Origin: Flavobacteriales bacterium
GTDB lineage: Bacteria; Bacteroidota; Bacteroidia; NS11-12g; UBA955
Direction of reading: 5' to 3'
Assembly (NCBI GenBank): GCA_947447955.1
Contig: CANFLS010000004.1
Location: forward strand, 21,327 to 85,326
Length of the DNA: 64,000 nucleotides
In this document: positions 60,528-64,000 of the stretch, in pieces
Layout of the letters: every line of letters starts with the position of its first letter
How positions within the stretch are numbered: the stretch's first letter is position 1
The notes under the pieces: model-generated
The model's database searches: none
Seen by the model: only the letters and a program-made list of their open reading frames with translations
Told to the model about the DNA's origin: nothing
Translations under genes and position numbers: made by a program

Positions 60528-61486
60528 AAGCAAAATACTTCCATATCCTGCTGGCAATCATTACCGTAGCAATAATTTTCACTGATTTATTTTGGGGGAT
60601 GTCCAACCTAAATACCCCATTGTTTTCAGACATTGTTTTTACTCAGTTTCGTTTGCCCCGCGTTGCGGCAGCAGCTTTAGCGGGTGGAAGTTTGGCAATC
60701 TCTGGATTAATCATGCAAACGCTGTTTCGCAACCCCTTGGCAGGACCCTATCTCATTGGCATCACCCCAGGCGCTAGTTTTGGTATTGCAGTATCCTTGT
60801 TTGCACAACCGCTTTTTGCGCATTCGCCTTGGTTTGCAGAAATTGGAACACTTACTGCAAGTATTTTGGGAGCGCTATTTGCCTTGATGATTCAATTGAT
60901 TTTGAACAAAGGATTTTCAAGTACAACCCGATTGTTGCTTACCGGCATGGTGCTTAGTTTTTTATTTTCGGCAGGCGTTGATTTGCTGCAAAATATTGGC
61001 AACATTGAACAAATAAAACAGTTTAGTTTGTGGGGAATGGGAAGCTTTGAACGCGTTAAGCCCAATGAAGTTTCTTATATACTTATTCCACTCATTGTAG
61101 GCTTTGCCTTTGTTTTATGGAATCGCTTCAAATTAGACTCCTACCTCCTTGGCGATGTTTATGCTTTATCGGCCGGAGTTAACGTAACACGCCTCAGACG
61201 AACCATGATTTTTGTTGGTGCCATCATGGCTGGCTGGATTACCGCATTTTGTGGTCCAATTAGTTTTGTGGGACTCATTGCACCTCACATTGCAAAACGC
61301 ATTTACAAAAACGAATCTCATCAAAAAATATTGATTCCTTCTATCATTTGGGGGACATTTTTATGCGTGTCAGCCGATTTATTGGCCCATCACCTCATCG
61401 ATGGAATTACGCTTCAGGTGAACGCCATTTGCGCCCTAATTGGCGCGCCAATTTTAATTGTCAGTTTCAGAAAAGTTCAGGGGTAG
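60524..61486 (+). CDS. FecCD/BtuC family ABC permease
   Basis: FRLPR, MQTLFRNPLAGP, CGPISFVGL.APH, LIGAP. Confidence 0.92.
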   Translation: MKAKYFHILLAIITVAIIFTDLFWGMSNLNTPLFSDIVFTQFRLPRVAAAALAGGSLAISGLIMQTLFRNPLAGPYLIGITPGASFGIAVSLFAQPLFAHSPWFAEIGTLTASILGALFALMIQLILNKGFSSTTRLLLTGMVLSFLFSAGVDLLQNIGNIEQIKQFSLWGMGSFERVKPNEVSYILIPLIVGFAFVLWNRFKLDSYLLGDVYALSAGVNVTRLRRTMIFVGAIMAGWITAFCGPISFVGLIAPHIAKRIYKNESHQKILIPSIIWGTFLCVSADLLAHHLIDGITLQVNAICALIGAPILIVSFRKVQG

Positions 61487-61494
61487 GTGTTTTT

Positions 61495-61830
61495 TTAATT
61501 GCCGTTACTGATTTTAATAATCTCTTCATCTAATTTTTTATATTTTACCGCATCAACTAAGTTTTTAATTGTCAATTCATCCTTTGTTTTTTTGTTACTC
61601 ATTAAAAACTTCAAAAAAGGAGGTAGAATAAAATCTCCCTCAGCGGAAAAATATTTAGCTGCCTTAAATTTAGACACATCCACATCAAACTTTTTTCCGA
61701 AACCAAGAATTAACTCAACAGCGTCATCGCCATAAATTCCTAAATCCTTTTCAATCATACTTCCAAGGTGTATATCTTGAATATCCCTGCCAAAATTCTC
61801 GGAAATAAACAATATTATCTTACTTTCCAT
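61495..61830 (-). CDS. DUF1493-like (ACP-like fold) protein
   Basis: IEKDLGIYGDDA.EL...F...F.VD.S.F...KYF..EG ... LTI..LV.A. Confidence 0.7.
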   Translation of the reverse strand: MESKIILFISENFGRDIQDIHLGSMIEKDLGIYGDDAVELILGFGKKFDVDVSKFKAAKYFSAEGDFILPPFLKFLMSNKKTKDELTIKNLVDAVKYKKLDEEIIKISNGN

Positions 61831-62134
61831 GTGTCACCATCATAATTTGGCAATTTTTTGCATTTATTTCTGCATATGGAACTCCACCACGCATTCCTTT
61901 TTCTAATGTTCCTTTTACCACCCAAATTGTATCATTTTTGAGGGATGCTACAAAGGACTCCATTTCATAAATGTGATTGCCATAAATTCTTAACCATTCT
62001 TTTTCAGCAAGTTTAATTGCAGCCGCGCTATTGTTTAAACAAAAGGAACTATTTATTTGAATTACTGGTTGTTTCGCAGTACAAGAAATTTGAACCATCA
62101 AAAAACCAAACAATATAAGCCTCATATATTTCAT
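61820..62134 (-). CDS. NTF2-fold immunity-like lipoprotein (YbbC/YhhH-like)
   Basis: Lipobox ISC and AIKLAE.....YG ... W.VKGTL....GG....I..K...I....HGK. Confidence 0.7.
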   Translation of the reverse strand: MKYMRLILFGFLMVQISCTAKQPVIQINSSFCLNNSAAAIKLAEKEWLRIYGNHIYEMESFVASLKNDTIWVVKGTLEKGMRGGVPYAEINAKNCQIMMVTHGK

Positions 62135-62149
62135 TTTAAATTCAAAAAC

Positions 62150-62593
62150 CTATCTAATACCATTTATTTTAAAAGTATCACCGTCTTTCAGCAAGGTTAC
62201 ATGTGTTTTCACAACAACCGTCTCATGCATTGAGGCATCTGCAGAGTATGACACAATATATTCGTCTTTTACTGTATCCTTCACAATTTTTAAGGTCTTC
62301 AGATATTTTATATCACTATCTTGAGCTTTCAAGAATACATCTCCACATGTTTGTTCGATAATTTTTGGTATTTTTTTATAGAAGTCTTTTGTACAAAATT
62401 GTTTTTTAAGTATTTCTAACTTCCGTTGATTTTCGGCACTTGGAGACTGAACAAATAATGTAATATAATCTGTATAAAAATCCTTGAGTAGCGTTTCAGC
62501 AGCGACTTCTTTAGACTGATTTTTTATCGGATTGCCACAACTTTCAACAAAAAATAAAAGTATGCAGGTTATTATGCTTTTTTCAATACTCAT
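62150..62593 (-). CDS. DUF3828/YbjP-like lipoprotein (putative amidase or lysozyme immunity)
   Basis: Lipobox ESC, L.DFYT.Y, D.FLKAQD, terminal FKI..I. Confidence 0.65.
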   Translation of the reverse strand: MSIEKSIITCILLFFVESCGNPIKNQSKEVAAETLLKDFYTDYITLFVQSPSAENQRKLEILKKQFCTKDFYKKIPKIIEQTCGDVFLKAQDSDIKYLKTLKIVKDTVKDEYIVSYSADASMHETVVVKTHVTLLKDGDTFKINGIR

Positions 62594-62687
62594 TTAATTT
62601 TAAATCTATGTTTAATTTCCAACCAATGAATCAATTGACATTCTGTTTATTAGGCTTAGTTATTCCCAATTAATTCCAGGAAACCTA

Positions 62688-63275
62688 TTACTCCAAATGG
62701 GCAATCTTGATAATGTGCTCAATTTGGTAGTCTAAAACGGGATCGAATTCTTGTTTTAAATCGTGGCCCCAGAAACTGCCAAAAGCTTGCCAGAAAAAGG
62801 CTTCGGCGGTGCCTCTGTAATTTTTCAGGATTTCCCAACTGGTTTTTCCGGTTTCGCGGTGCAGCAACTTCATCAAAACTTGACCTTCACCAATGGTTAA
62901 ATTCTTTAACTGTTGGGTGTACATGGTTTTTAAACTGTTCTCACATTTCTTGATGTATTTTTTGCGGTCGCGTTTGTTTGTAATTGTTGCCAATTGATCT
63001 TCCATGGCCTTCATTTTATAAGCAGCCATTTTGGCAAAAGGCATGGTTTTAATTACCCTGCGCTTTAATATCTTGTAATCGTTAATGGCCTGCTCATCCA
63101 ATGTATTCGATAGAATAATTGGATCCATTCTTTCAACGTCTGTAATAGTATCACCATTTACAATGGTAATTTGACCGTTGACAGTCATTGCCAACAGCAT
63201 CAGTCCCCCAAAAGCAAAAGCCTTTAATTTACTGAAGTCTTTGGAGATCCTTTTTTGAATAGAAAAAAACCACAT
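62688..63275 (-). CDS. DUF4294 family protein
   Basis: Y..LKRRV.K..PFAK, LKNLT..EGQVL.KL..RETG, FWQ.FG. Start uncertain. Confidence 0.78.
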   Translation of the reverse strand: MWFFSIQKRISKDFSKLKAFAFGGLMLLAMTVNGQITIVNGDTITDVERMDPIILSNTLDEQAINDYKILKRRVIKTMPFAKMAAYKMKAMEDQLATITNKRDRKKYIKKCENSLKTMYTQQLKNLTIGEGQVLMKLLHRETGKTSWEILKNYRGTAEAFFWQAFGSFWGHDLKQEFDPVLDYQIEHIIKIAHLE

Positions 63276-64000
63276 GATCCTAAAACGATTAATATGAGTG
63301 AAATCATTTGTGCTTGAGAAAAAACCATACCTGCAAATCGATAAAGGCTATCGCCATGCTCACGAATGGTTTCAATTGCAAATCTTTCAACGCCAGCAAA
63401 AATCATATAGATGCTGAACAATTGACCTGAAATGAAATTTTTATTTCGCAACACAAACCACAACACAGCAAACAATGACAATGCCATAATGGCTTCATAT
63501 AAAGGAGTTGGAAAAACCGGAGTAGACAATTGATAGCAATAGTCACCTGAACAACCTGGAATCGGCTCCATGCCCATTCCTGGATAATCTTTTCCTAAAA
63601 CATTATGAGGGTATTTATAAGCCCACGCCCAATCTGGCAAGAAGCTCGATGGCGTAACATTGGCAATTCCCCAATCGCCATCACCAGAAAAATGACAACC
63701 AAAACGACCAATACCATAAGAAAGCATCATTCCAGGAGCACCCGCATCAATTACATTTTTCCAATCATACCCTTTTTTTGTTGTGTAAATCAACACCCCA
63801 GCTGCACCGCAAATGAGTCCACCGTAAAAGGTCCATCCCCCCGTAGTGAAAATATCCTGAATGAAAGTACTCAAGTGAATTTGACTAGGTGTTTCTAACA
63901 AATGAAAAACTTTGGCGCCTAAAAATCCAGAAAGAAGCGCAACCGTAGTAATATTACCCATTTCGTCGGCAATTGAAACAGTGTGCGACACTTCTTTTGG
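63224..64000 (-). CDS. lgt: prolipoprotein diacylglyceryl transferase (5'-truncated by window)
   Basis: GAKVFH, GG.TFYGG, GIGRFGC..SGDG, PTPLYE, RF.IE..R, SQAQ. Frame is open to the window end. Confidence 0.9.
   Translation of the reverse strand, partial: PKEVSHTVSIADEMGNITTVALLSGFLGAKVFHLLETPSQIHLSTFIQDIFTTGGWTFYGGLICGAAGVLIYTTKKGYDWKNVIDAGAPGMMLSYGIGRFGCHFSGDGDWGIANVTPSSFLPDWAWAYKYPHNVLGKDYPGMGMEPIPGCSGDYCYQLSTPVFPTPLYEAIMALSLFAVLWFVLRNKNFISGQLFSIYMIFAGVERFAIETIREHGDSLYRFAGMVFSQAQMISLILIVLGSCGFFLFKKGSPKTSVN

Overview
Chromosomal segment of an AT-rich Bacteroidota genome, judged from the SusD gene, T9SS type A and B sorting domains, PorP/SprF, TAnnTTTG promoters and few Shine-Dalgarno sites. 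It is mostly housekeeping: lysA, secDF, purL, ftsX, uppP, nnr, tamB, tsaD, meaB, fused 2-oxoacid dehydrogenase E1, ychF, glmM, ftcD, queE, folD, mutS2, yggS, dnaN and lgt. It also holds the tail of a SusC/D locus, four T9SS substrates, an ECF sigma/anti-sigma module, an HTH-HipA pair and a three-gene cluster resembling orphan toxin-immunity genes. I saw no rRNA, tRNA, CRISPR array or transposase. The strongest unexplained structure is a family of 9-bp tandem arrays (GRTTAGACN) that start at the 3' ends of three unrelated genes, always on the sense strand. These arrays come with a perfect 18-bp stem looping out a stop codon, an 18-bp palindrome and a 14-bp GCGAAGC array. Many genes also have the -7 promoter box only 4-7 nt before the ATG, suggesting widespread leaderless mRNAs. 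All product calls come from reading motifs by eye; no searches were run.
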